Below are positions 24,578-36,979 of a stretch of DNA of 64,000 bases, piece after piece. The translations under genes were made by a program, and so were the position numbers. Within the stretch, counting starts at the first letter, position 1, and each line of letters starts with the position of its first letter. Source of the stretch: Mobula hypostoma (Eukaryota); assembly GCF_963921235.1 (NCBI RefSeq), contig NC_086125.1:26846001-26910000 (forward strand), written 5' to 3'. The notes below the pieces were generated by a model that did not search any database, was not told the origin of the DNA, and was given only the letters and a program-made list of their open reading frames with translations.

Positions 24578-25509
24578 CTAAATTAAAGCAAATCTGAGAT
24601 TATTATTGTACTTTTCACAAGATGTTCCAGGACGACTTGGAGCAAATCAGATTCTTTCAAAGCGTGGAACAAAACAACCAATTTGTATAGAGTGGGAAAT
24701 ACAATGGAAAGTACAGCAAGCTTTAGAATCAATTATTATCATCAGCTCAATGTTCCTTTGATTATGTTAACCGAAGGATGAATATTAAGTTTGATGTCTC
24801 TGAGCCTGTAGGATGGTGGTGGGGATCTCCTGGAAGCTTACTGGATACTGGAAGGCCTGGATGGACTGGACATGCAGAGAACGTTACCATCTGCAGGAGC
24901 ACCTAGGACTAGAGGGCACAGCCTGCAGAATACAGAGAACTGAGACCAGGAGGAATTTCTTCAGCCAGTTGGTGGTAACTCTGTGAAATCTGTTGGAGGC
25001 CAAGTCATTGGATGTACTTCAGGCAAAGATTGAGAGGTTCTTGATTGGTAAGGGGAGGGTTAAAGGTTACGGAGGAAAAAAGGTGGGCACTCAGCTGCTG
25101 AGATCAGAGTGTATCTGAGGCTCCCCTATCCCACAGTTAGTACCAATGCACCTTTGCCTTGAGTGAGAGCCACTGGTCAGAGCCAGGTCCAGCAAAGTGC
25201 GGGTTTCTGGTTTACTCTCACAATCCAAGCACATACAGGTTAGGGTCAGTAAATTGTCTGCTTGTTATGTTGGCGTTGGAACTATGGCAACACTTGCGGC
25301 TGCCCATCACAATCCTTGCTGATTTAATTTAATTTGATGCAAATGACACATTTCACTGTACATCCTAATGTACGTGTGACAAATAAAGCTAATCTTGCCT
25401 GGGGGTGTATCCAGATGACAGGCTCCAACACAGGAAGGACCAGAGTCGCCTCTTCTTCCCGAGGAGACTGAAGTCCTCTGCAGTACGCAAGTCTCTCCTT
25501 CACATGTTC

Positions 25510-25975
25510 TCCCAGTACCATCTTCTATGTGGTGGTGTGCTGGGGTATTGGCATCAACACGGGTGATGCCAACAGGCTCAATAAACTGATCAGAAAGGCT
25601 GGCTCTGTTTTAGCAGTCAACCTGAACAAACACTGGAAGCTGTGATAGAACAAAGGACCCTGTGGAAAATCCTGGCAATTCGGGACAATGCTTCCCACCC
25701 TCCGCATGCCACCTTGGCTGAACAGAGGAGCACTTTTAGTAATAGACAACTGCGCTGCTCCAAAGAGCGCTATATGAGGTCACTCTTACCCTTGGCCACT
25801 AGGTTCTATAACGAGTCAACCTATAGCGGGGGAAGTGATGACCCCCCCCCCCCGTTAGACTGTTTGGGCTAGCTTATTTTTTATTCTTTCTTACTCTACT
25901 CTAATATTTGTATATCTGTGAACTTGTAATGCTACTGTGACACTGTAATTTCCTTTGGGATCAATAAAGTATCCC
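25510..25975 (+). mobile_element. Rex/Babar-like LINE 3' end
   Basis: NASHPPH...RCSKERYMRSLLPLATRFYN; tail GGGATCAATAAAGTA. Confidence 0.75.
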
Positions 25976-26656
25976 TCTAGCTTGGTACATGTGACAATAA
26001 TAAACAAGTACTAAGGGGAGACCTAATACAGGTCTACAAACTTACAAGGGGCACAGATAGACAGCCAGTTTCTTTTTTCCCCAGGGTAGAAATGTTTAAT
26101 ACCACAGGGCAAGCATTTAAGGTGAGAGGGAGTAAAATGTATGGGGCAAGATTTTGTTTAAGTTGGAAGTCTGGAATACATTACGAAGGATGCTGGTGGA
26201 GGCAGATACAATAGTAGCATTTAAGAGGCTCTTAAATAGGCACCTGAATAAGCAGAGAATGGAGGGATAAGGACATTGTGTTTGTAGACGGGATTAATGT
26301 AGTTTGGTATTTAATTACTAGTTTAGTAAATTTAGCACAGTATCTCGGGCCAAAGGCCTGTTCCTGTGCTGTACTGTTCTAAGTTCCATTAACAACGTCA
26401 CCACAACTGAAACTCAGTCCACGTGTATAAAAAGTTTTCAGTGACGTTTGCAAAAAATCTACTTTAGATAATAGACCATAAACAATTATTTTTGAGACCC
26501 ATTTTGATTTTGAATATTTCAAATATATCATTCGTGAAACGGTTGTTTCTGATGCTGACTATTAATGTGTTGAAGTTGGAAAAACAATGGACAATTCAGC
26601 TTAGCAAGCACTCAGCCCTGACAACGTCGGTGTCTGAAAACTGCTGTACTACTCAC

Positions 26657-26783
26657 GCCCAGTTAGTTCGAAGAGGACCTTGTCGTTCAGGCCCAGCCGG
26701 AGTTCTGGCATTCCCGAGAGGAAGACCCTCAGTTTCACGCTGCCGACTATCTCGCTCTGTAGAACATTCCCGTTCGCACTGAC
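26657..26783 (-). CDS. AP1M2: AP1M exon 6 (VSANGNVLQSEIVGSVKLRVFLSGMPELRLGLNDKVLFELTG)
   Basis: 127 nt, AG/GT; LSGMPELRLGLND motif. Confidence 0.95.
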
Positions 26784-29539
26784 CTGTCCAAGAACAAGGA
26801 GCAATGAACTGAAACCACGGGGGACTATGGCCAGGACAGATGAAATGACTAGAACAGAGAATGTACAACGCAGGAAAAGGCATTTTGGCCTACCATGTTG
26901 TCCTGAACTAATTAGGCTAATGATGGCCAATTACATTCATCATTTCTCCCTACACAATGTCCATATCTTCCATTCCCCGCACATTCATGTACCCAAGAGT
27001 CTCTTAAACACCTCTGTCAAATCTGCCTCCACCACCACCCCTGATAGTGCATTGTAGACACACCCCACTGTCTGTGTAAAAAAAAACACATCTCCTTTAA
27101 ACTTTCCTCCTCTCGCCTGAGAGCTAGGCCCTCTACAATTCAAACTCTCTACCCAGGGAGAAAGCTACCAGGTGACTATTTTCTTTATGCCTCCTGCAGT
27201 TTAATAAACCTCTGTCAGATCTTCCCTTAGCCCCTGCTCCTCCAGAGAAAACAATCCAATTTGCCTGACCTCTCCTTTTAGCATCTGATCTCTAATCCAG
27301 GCAGCAATCTGCTGAACACCTTCTGCCCCCTCTCCAAAGTATCCACATCCTTCCTTAACGAGGCAACTGGAACTGAACGCAATACTCCAAATGCAACCTC
27401 ATCACAGTTTTATGAAGTTGTAACATAACTTCCTGAGTCTTGAGCTTAGGGCCTTGACTAATAAAGATGAGGATGCTATACAACTTCCTTAACACCCTAT
27501 AGATTTACGTGGGTGGCCACTTTCATGGGAATTGGAATGCAAGATCCCTCTTCACATCAACAATAAGATCAAAACCAGTTCACTCACTCTTTGCCTAGTT
27601 ACCCGCTGCTACAGGCCTCTGGGATTGTCACCTACACCTGGCATTCTCTCTCCATTTCTTCAAGAGCATCTCCCAAAATCTCAATCTCTGCCACCACAGT
27701 GGAGAAGGACACCACTACTCGAACACTGGCACCTGCTGGTTCCCCACCAGACTGAACATCTTACATTAAAACTTCTACAGCATCAGCAGCCGAAGTTCTG
27801 GCCCACAAACGGTGGGCGTGCCTTCCACGGAGGACAGCTGTGGTTCAAGGTAACCCATCTTCCAAAGGGCAATTCAGGATGATCAATAAATACTGGTCCT
27901 GCCTCCGATACCCAGATCACATTTGATGCCCTCTGTTCATCTGCGAGAAGTACGACATGGAGGGCAAGCTGCTGCCCACGTAGGCTCCCTCTCTCCACAC
28001 AGGGGAGCTTACGTGGGCAGCAGAATCCAAAGGAAAGGCAGAGACTGATACAGATTGGCACCAGCGGCGTCACAGGAGTTGTCCGTCACGTTGAACGCTA
28101 CATAGGGCTGCTTTAGGGACTTCAGCTCCAGATTTCCCCCCTCGGGGTTTACTCCCAAAGACTTCCCCATGAGTGGTTATACAGTAACTGCATGGCAGCG
28201 ATGTTTGAGATCAGATTCACCTGGAAATCAGAATCAGGTTTATGATCTCTGTCTTGTATGATGTAAAAATTGTTGTTTTGCAGCAGCAGTATAGTCCAAA
28301 CATAAAATAATACAAGATAGTGCAAAAATTAGCTTAGGAGGATTAATGGTGCCTAACAGCAACTCCTTTGCTTGCTTCTTCAGAAACAGCTTGATTTCCA
28401 TCTTTAATATCTCTATTTTACCCCTTCAGGGTTCTTTTGAAGACCCTGACATGGAGTAACACGCTGACTACGGTTCTTTGTGGGAATGGGTCCGGCTCTC
28501 AGGGTTTCACGACTGGCTGTTATTCAGCACGCCAAGGGCTTGGCCTAAGAGCTCAGCTGCCTTTGAAGGTTCGAGATCTCATGGCTCTGGAGACAGGCGG
28601 ATCGATGGTCGGTTTCAGGGCAGATTGGTGTCTTGTGGGAGATGGAAGGTCTAAGGCTGTATGCCCAGAGACCTGAGATCTTTGGGCTCAGAGCTCGGAA
28701 AAAGTGACGCAATGGACTTTTAACATCGTAAACCAGTCAGTTGTTTGTTATGTCTCTCCTCTTGCTGTGAAACGGAGTCACCTTTTTCTCCCTTATTAGG
28801 GAGAGAGAGCCTGTGGTATGTCGAATACCTGGAGAACAAGTAGTCTTTGAAGTACTGCAAGTCTGTGTTCTTCCTGTTGCTTTGGCCACCCTTGGGTGCT
28901 CAGTGGTGGATGTCAATGCCTTTTTTTTTTGTCGGTGGGGGGAGGGATTGTCGCTTGCTGCTGCTTGTGTGTGGGAGGGAGGGCAGCTGGGGCGGACTTT
29001 GGGGTTCTAACATTTAACTGTCATTCATTCTTTGGAGCACTCTTCTGTTTTTGTGGATGTTTGTGAAGAAAAAGGATGTATTATTGTATACATTTCTCTG
29101 ACATTAAATTGTACCTTTGAAACCTTTGAAAAATAAAAGGAACAACAAGGTACTATTCGTAGACTGTTCAGAAATATGATGGCGGAAGGGAAGCTGTTCC
29201 TGAAATGTTGAATTGGGTCTTCAGGCTCCTGTACCTCCTTCCTGACAGTAGCAATGAGAAGAGGGCATGTCCCAAATGGTTAAGATCCTTAATGAGGATG
29301 CCACCTTCTTGAGGTACCTCTCCCATGCTATTCCTTCTCTCTTCTACCCTCTCCCATCAGGCAGGGGATACAAAAGTTCAAAAACATACCATCAGGCTCA
29401 AGAACAACTTCTATCCCACTGCTAAAAGATGCTTGAATGGACCTCTTGTATGTTATTTGTCTGTTCTGCGCTTCCAACTTTAACTGTAACACTATAATCT
29501 GGATTGTTACTGTTTTCTTTTTATACTCCCTCAATATTT

Positions 29540-30115
29540 GAGGACCGCCATTGTTCAGGGTCACCCATGGGTGTTGCATCTCAGCTGTCTACGTGATATG
29601 CAAGGCAGTACACAAACCGGGGCAGTACGATATGGAGAGCAAGCTGTTGCCCGTACAGCAGGCTCCCCCTCGCCAAGCAGCTGATGAATCCAAAGAGACG
29701 ATAGAGACCAATACAGTATGGCACCAGTGGCATTGTAGGAGTTATCAATCAGTGATGAACACAACATAGGCCTTCGGCACTGCAGCTCCAGATTTTTTCT
29801 CAGGGTTTATTCCCGAAGTCTTCCTCAAGAGTGGGTATACAGTAGCTGCAAGGCAGCAGAGGTTTGAGATCAGAGTTTTCCCTCTCCGAGATGAGCTGAC
29901 AAAACCCATTTGCTTGAAGCAACTGGTTCTAAGGTGTCACTAGCCCACCTTTGCCCCTTCTCCTGTCAGTAGAAATGGTTCCGCTGGACTCAGTAGCTAA
30001 GCCACGCGTGAAGGCCAGGAGCTGGATTTGGTTGTCAAAGGCTATTTGAGATGTGCGCTATGGGGAGCAATTAATGTTTATTCCCACAACAACCCCCTGG
30101 CTATAACAACCTTAA
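29540..30115 (-). mobile_element. Non-autonomous RTE-like element (5'UTR-like part fused to a short tail); related pieces at about 27930-28220 and 40365-40545
   Basis: Dispersed similarity among copies; no ORF; RTE affinity is from recall of similar 5'UTR/tail motifs. Confidence 0.55.
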
Positions 30116-30690
30116 AGAACCTCCCTCAGTGTACGTATGTATGAAGTAATCTGTCTTGATGGCACACAAAGCTATTCACTGTGGCAAAAATAAACCAATT
30201 ATCAATTTTCACAAATGTTCCTACAGTATAATAGTCCATCAGGCCCCTGTGATCTCCTAGAAGAACTATCCTGTCTGGTTGCATCACCACCTGGTGTGGA
30301 GGGGCCAATGCACAGGATCAGAAAAAGCTGCAGAGGGTTGTAAACCCAAACAGTTCCATCATGGGCACTGGTCTCTCCACCAGAGGATAACTTCAATACG
30401 CAATGCCTCAAGATGGTGGCATCCACCATGAAGGACCTTTGCCATCCATGCCTTCTTCTCATTGCTACCATCAGGGGGAGATATAGGAATCTGAAGATGC
30501 ACACTGATGAACAGGTTCTTCCCCTTTGCCATCAGATTTCTGAACAGCCCATGAAAATTACTTCATTATTTTGCTCTCTTTTTGCACGATTTATTGTATG
30601 TATTTATTTATATACAGCGTGGTCTTATTGTCATTTATAGTCTTTCTTTCGCTGTAATGCTGCTTGCAAAACAACAAGTTCCATGACATA

Positions 30691-31516
30691 CACTCAGTGG
30701 CCACTTTATTTTAAAAAGATTTTAATTTTAAGGAATTGAAAAGAAGAGGGCCGGGCTGGTGGTCAGCTCGCTGTCCTGCGAAGTTTACTCATCTCTGTGC
30801 TGACCTGAGACTGTGGCCTGCAACTAACGGGCTCCTAGATTGGTCATGGCTGTAGACTGACCTACATGAACTTCAGTTCTGAATGTGATTTGCTTACTTT
30901 TATTGTTTGCACGACTTGTTTTCTTTCCTGCACATTGGGTGTTTTGACAGTCACTTTATAAAAATGGGTTCTATTGGGTTTCTTTGTTTTGTGGCTGCCT
31001 GCAAGGAGACACATCTCAAGATTATATGTAGGAATCATACTTCAATAATAAATGTACTTTGAACTTTGATTAAGTACATCTGCTTATTAATGCAAATATC
31101 TAATCAGCCAATCACATTGCAGCAGCTCAATGCATAAAAGCATGCAGACATGGTCAAGAGATTCAGTTCTTGTTCAGACCAAACTTCAGAATGGGGAGGA
31201 AATGTGATCCAAGTGACTTTGACAGTGGAATGATGGTTGACGCTGGACAATGGCTGTTGTTCAGTATCTCAGAAACTGCTGACCTCCTGGGATTTTCACG
31301 CACAGCAGTCTCTAGAGTTTACAGAGAATGGTACGAATGGTTAGAGGAGAATGGCCAGACTGGTTCAAGCTGACAGGAAAGCGACAGGAGCCCAAATAAT
31401 TGCACGCTACAACAGTAGAGTGCAGAAGAGCATCTCTGAACGCACGTGTTGAAGTGGATGAGCTACTGCAGCAGAAGACCATGAACAGGAGGTATCTAAT
31501 AAGGTGCCACTGAGTG
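30691..31516 (+). mobile_element. Tc1-like non-autonomous element interrupted by a LINE-derived insert (about 30715-31068)
   Basis: TIRs CACTCAGTGGCCACTTTATT / AATAAGGTGCCACTGAGTG; TA on the left; HTH remnant SISETADLLGFSRTAVSRVYREW. Confidence 0.8.
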
Positions 31517-31729
31517 ATAATAAACCGAATTCTGATTCCGTCACTCCTATTCTCCAAGTTCTGCAAATTATCCTCTGTCGATGTACATATGACCTTGTTA
31601 GAGCCAATATGGACCTGAGGTCCCATTGATTCTAACAGGGACCACGCCCCAGCCTTGATCTGAAGGATAGTGTGGACCCGGGAATGATTGGTGTACCACT
31701 AGGCAGCGATCTCAAAGCTCTACACTCAC

Positions 31730-31877
31730 CAACACGTTGACACCTTCGATGACATCAATGAAGACCTCGTTCTTCTTGTACTTGATGCCTTCTGATCTCC
31801 AGGACACAGCATTGGTGACGGTGGCCGGTGGCCGTGGGGCAGCCAATTCCAGTTTTTGGCTCTGCTGAGTGATGTAC
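31730..31877 (-). CDS. AP1M2: AP1M exon 5 (EYITQQSQKLELAAPRPPATVTNAVSWRSEGIKYKKNEVFIDVIEGVNVL)
   Basis: 148 nt, AG/GT; VSWR...KNEVFID motif. Confidence 0.95.
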
Positions 31878-32216
31878 CTGTCCAGGGAACCGGGAGTGCT
31901 CAGGCCTGGCTCGTGCTCGGTCAGAACAAAACCCAGGAAGCAGAGGGTAGCACCTCAGTCAGAGGCAGGCTCGTCATGAGTTCAAAGCAGGTACCGCATC
32001 GGTCTCCATGGGCATATGCCTTTGCCTCCCCCTCCAACACTTCCCCCCCCCCACCATCTAAAACTCACCTCTTTCTTGCCATACATTCCCACAAAACCCT
32101 GCCTCTCTCGCTCCCCCCCAATGCACCCTCCCAATATCCTCCTTCCTTCTTCCCACACGCCTCAAAAACCCACTCATTCTTCCTACATTCCTCAGAAATT
32201 CACCCTCACCCCAAAT

Positions 32217-32288
32217 GGTTCTACAGTGCGATGGCGAGCACTCTGGACTCTGAATCCAGTGGTCAGAGTTCATATCTCGGTGCAAACT
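32217..32288 (+). pseudogene. tRNA-Gln(CTG) pseudogene
   Basis: 72 nt, colinear with vertebrate tRNA-Gln-CTG; anticodon arm CTGGA-CTCTGAA-TCCAG intact; two mismatches in the acceptor stem and an altered B box. Confidence 0.8.
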
Positions 32289-32769
32289 GTTTGGGCTCCA
32301 TGGTAACAGAGCGGTTAGCTCACACTATTATACCTCGGGGTGTCAGAATTCAGAGTTCAATCTCGACATCCTCTGTAAAGAGCTTGTAGGCCCTCCCTGT
32401 GGAATGCATGGGGTTTCTCCCATAGTCCTAAGATGTTTAGTAGTTTAATTGGTCGTTGTAAATTGTCCTGTGATTAGGCTCGGGTTAGACTGGGAGATGG
32501 TGGGCAGTATGGCTTGAAGGGCTGGAAGGGGCCTATTCCATGCTGTATCTGGGGCAATAAGTAAATAAATACCCCAGAAACACACACTCCCTCCCCACAA
32601 TCTCCAGAAATCCTCTCCTCATCCCCACACACCCCAGAAACCCACTTTCTCCCTCTCCCCACATACATTGGGAACCTACTCTCTCCCCCACACACGCCCC
32701 AGAAACCTACTCTCTCGCTCTCTCCACACACCTCATAAACCCACTCTTTCCTCCGGTTCAGGGTACTTG

Positions 32770-33190
32770 GAGGCACATGATAAAATAGGCCAGTCATTGT
32801 GGTTTCCTTCAGGGCAAATCTTGCCTAACAAATCTGTTGGAATTCTTTGAGGAAATAACAGGCAGGATAGACAAAGGAGAGGCAATGGATGTTGTGTTCT
32901 CAGGAGGCCATTGACAAGATGCTGCACATGAGGTATCGAAACAAGATAAGAGCCCATGGTATTGCAGGAAAGATACTAGCACGGATGGAAGATTGGCTGA
33001 CTGGCAGGAAGCAAAAAATGGGCAAAAAGGGGGCCTCTTCTGGTTCGCTGCCAGTGATTCGTGGTGTTCTGCAAGGGTCTGTGTTGGGACTGCTTCTTTT
33101 CACTTCATATGTCAATGGTTTGGATGACTGAATTGATGGCTTTGTGGCCAAGTTTACAGATGGCACAAAGATTGGTGGAGGGGGAGCTGG
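32770..33190 (+). mobile_element. CR1-like RT fragment
   Basis: WLTGRKQ...GVLQGSVLGLLLF..YVNGLD. Confidence 0.8.
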
Positions 33191-33639
33191 GAGTAGGATT
33201 TAGTTCAGAAAGAGAAAATACAAGACATTTTGATACTCCGTTCACAGTGTAACGACACTTGGAGAATATCCTTTGCTTCTTGCAACCTATTGCACACAAT
33301 ACACGAATTATAAGACAATAAGACACAGGAGCAGAATTAAGCCATTTAGCCAATCGGGTCTGCTTCACCATTCCATCATGGTTGAATTATAACCCCTCTC
33401 AGTTCCATTCTCCTTCCTTCTCCCCATAACCTTTCACACCCTTACTAATCAAGAACCTATCAACCTCAACTTGAAATATACCCAATGACTTAGTCTCCAC
33501 AGTCACCTGCAGCAATAAATTAGATTCTGGAATAGGCATCCATTAGTCTAGTGAGACCATGGACTGCAGAGCAATGTGTGGTTAAGTGCCTTGCTCAAGC
33601 ATACAACACGCTGCCTCAGCCAAGGCTCTACATGCCCCC

Positions 33640-33780
33640 TCCCTCCTCAGTCCTGACGAAGGGCTCCGGCCCGAAACATTGACTGATCGTTTCCACGGAT
33701 GCTGCCCGACCTGCTGAGTTCCTCCAGCGTGTTGTGAGTGTTGCTTTGACCCCAGCATCCGCAGAGTATTTTGTGTTTAC
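33640..33780 (+). mobile_element. Penelope terminal-repeat fragment with hammerhead motif (33647-33686), same subfamily as 5510-6613
   Basis: Near-identical to 6511-6610 and to the reverse complement of 5510-5640. Confidence 0.8.
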
Positions 33781-34390
33781 AGTGGGACATTGATAGGATG
33801 CAAAACTGGGCTGAGAAGTGGCAGATGGAGTTCAACCCAAATAAGTGTGAGGTGGTTCATTTTGGTAGGTCAAATATGATGGCAGAATGTAGTATTAATG
33901 GTAAGGCTCTAGGCAGTGTGGAGGATCAGAGGGATCTTGGGGCCGAGTCCACAGGACGCTCAAAGCTGCTGTGCAGGTTGACTCTGTGGTTAGGAAAGCA
34001 TACCGTGCATTGGCCTTCATCAACTGTGAAACTGAGTTCAAGAGCCAAGAGGTAATGTTACAGCTATACAGGACCCCGGTCAGACCCCACTTGGAGTACT
34101 GTGCTCAGTTCTGGTTACCTCTCTACAGGAAGGATGTGGAAGCCACAGAAAGGGTGCAGAAGAGATTTATAAGGATGTTGCCTGGATTGGGCAGCATGCC
34201 CTATGAGAATAGGTTGAGTGAACTCAGCCTTTTCTCCTTGGAGCAATGAAGGATGAGAGGTGACCTGATAGAGATGATGAGAGGCATTGAATGTGTGGAT
34301 AGTCAGAGCCTTTTTCCCAGGGCTGAATTGGCTTGTGTGAGAGGGCACAGTTTTAAGGTGCTTGGAATTAGGTACAGAGGAGTCATCAGG
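33780..34390 (+). mobile_element. CR1-like RT C-terminal fragment
   Basis: WAEKWQMEFNPNKCEVVHFG; VRPHLEYCAQFW. Confidence 0.85.
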
Positions 34391-34736
34391 GTTTAGTTTT
34401 TTGAATTGACATGTGGCCCAGTGTCCAACTTCTCCACCTCTGGTGTTTAATCAATGAGGGATCATAAGACTATAAGACATAGGGGCAGAATTAGGCTATT
34501 TGGCCTATCAAATCTGTTCTGTCATTCAATCATGGTTGATCGTTTTTTTTCTCCCCTCCTCAGCCCAACTCCCCGTCCTTCTCCTTTTGATGTCGTGTCC
34601 AATCAAGAACCTATCAGTGTCAGTCTCAATGCAGCCAACAACCTGGCCTCCGCAGCTGCCTGTGGTAATAAATTCCACAAATTCACCACCCTCTGGCTAA
34701 GCTGGAGCTGGGGATGATGTGACTGCTGATACTCAC

Positions 34737-34867
34737 TCCTGTAGAATTTTACTTTCGGTGGTCTGGGGGAACCCAAAGTCCATCACTTCGTCCAGGAGCT
34801 CATAGATGATCACAAAGTTGTCCCGGATACTCTCCTCCTCCAGCTCCTTGAAGTATTCTGTGAAGAC
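34737..34867 (-). CDS. AP1M2: AP1M exon 4 (VFTEYFKELEEESIRDNFVIIYELLDEVMDFGFPQTTESKILQ)
   Basis: 131 nt, AG/GT boundaries, classic mu-adaptin motif. Confidence 0.95.
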
Positions 34868-36911
34868 CTGGGGAGGAAGCAAGGTGTGAGATTCCAGGGG
34901 AACACCAAGTTCTGAAAGTGACGTTGAACTACCAGAATCAGAATTATTATTACTGACATGCGATACTGAGTAAAAATCTTAGACACATATATAAAGCTAA
35001 AGCTAGCCTAAGGCTATAGTAATTTTATGTATTGCACTATACTGCTGTCACAAAAAATAAAACAAATTTCATGACATGTGTGAGTGATGATAATCCTGAT
35101 TCTGATGTGGGTCTTTGTTGTGGATTGAGAGTGGGAAGGGAGCAGGGAGAAGGGAATCATGGTTGGGAAAGGCGGGAGTGAGAGGGGAGGGAGCGGGTAG
35201 CGCCAAAGAGACATTCTGAGATGATCAATAAACCAATTGTTTGGAATTAAGTAACCTTGCCTGGTGTCTCAAGGCTGGGTGTGTCTGCACCTGAGTGACC
35301 CCCGCCCCTGGCACTCCTCTGCCATCTGTCCCACACCCCTCCCATGGTGCCGCACCCTCGCCATTCCCTACATCCTTTGCTCCTGCCAAATTTACAAACT
35401 CGCCCTCCACTCCACGTTGACAAATACAGTCCTGTGTAAAAGTCTTAGCTATAGATATGTGCGTAAGACTTTTGCACAGGACTGTATAACATGAAAGTTG
35501 TTGACATTATAAAAATTACCATAAATTACAGTAAAAGTATTAAAAAATATGTAGTGTAAAGAGAGAGCAAAAGGAAACACTACCTCTTGCACTACCAATG
35601 TCTCATCTATGATTGTGTTCCTTTGCACTAATGTCTTGGGCAGTTTTTTTTCTTCTCACTGTTCTGCACAATTTATATTCTGTGTGTTGTCTGAACCTGC
35701 GACTGTGAAGTTGCTGCAAGCAAGTTTTTCATTGCACATGACAATGACCTTGACTACTACTGTGACAGTAATGACAATGGCCACTCATGATGGTCAGCCT
35801 CTCTGATTAACTCACCCACCATCTAATGAGTGTATGATGTGGAGAGTACACGACTGAAGTCATACCAATATTTACAATTTAGGGCATCTAGATCTGGAGT
35901 TGCCTACCCAACCCGAGACCACGGGAGCCCAGTCTGTGTGTTGGATGGGATTGAAAACCAATTACAGGTCCTCAGACCAGATTGGCTTTTTGTAAATTGT
36001 TAGAGGTGCCCAACTGAGTTGTGTTTCATGTGTGTGCGCACCACAAGTCATGCAACAGGTCAGATTCCAGGTAGCTATGGTCGGGTTGAATAGGGACTAA
36101 GCTGCCCACAACTGTTTGTGGCTATGACCATACGCAGGGTTTCAAAATGGCACCAAGCTAAGGTCTCCATCGAGTTTGTGGCTCTGACTTGGTTGATTTT
36201 TTTTTTAATTTGTAAGAATGGATTTTAGGGACAGAGCGGGGAGTTAGAAATCAGGATACGGTTTAGGAACAGTGATGTGGGGAAGTTAGAGGTTGGATTA
36301 GGGTCCAGGGACAGGGATGTGGAGGAGTTAGAGGTCAGACCTCCACATTAGAAATCCAGCAATGTGAATGGGTGATGTCAGGCTCTCCCAGCTCAGTGGG
36401 CCCTAGGACCAGATGCCCATGCCAGCAGGAGGCATAAAGGCTGGTCAGTTGGTGAACTCGGAGTCTGAGCCTGGAGATCAGGGTCCCATCACTGCCCTGT
36501 CCAAGACCTGATACCAAAGATCAGAGCACCAAGTCCGAGTGTCGAAGGCCTGGAGCCCGGAGGCTGAAGGCTTGTCTGTGTGTGTGGCGGGAGGGAGGAA
36601 AGGGGATTGTTGTTTGGTTTTGCTGTGTTCTGTTTTGATCTGGCGAGCACTATGGTGCCAGAACGTTTGCTGAGACTTGCGGGCTGCCCCCAGCGCACGC
36701 CTAGGTTGTGTAGGTTGTTAACACAAACGATGCATTTCACTGTATGTTTGATGTACATATGATAAATAAATTTGAATCTGAATCTGTTCAGGAGGGACGG
36801 TGGCCCAGGTAGGGTCCGGGGGAGCTGCCTGCTTGTTAAAGGAGCAGACACAAAGCAAAAATTATCAACTGGAATCATTTAGTTAAACAGGAACTAAACA
36901 GGAACTCTTAC

Positions 36912-36979
36912 CTGGATAATTTTATACAGGAACGCATACACGAGAGAGGCATTTGCATTTCTCTTTGTCATTGCAACCA
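36912..36979 (-). CDS. AP1M2: AP1M exon 3 (LVAMTKRNANASLVYAFLYKIIQ)
   Basis: 68 nt; preceded by TTCCTTTAAC branch site and CAG; GTAAGA donor. Confidence 0.93.

Noticed and set aside
32217-32288. Functional tRNA-Gln gene
   Set aside because: Acceptor stem mismatches, altered D and T arms, and no Pol III terminator; called a pseudogene
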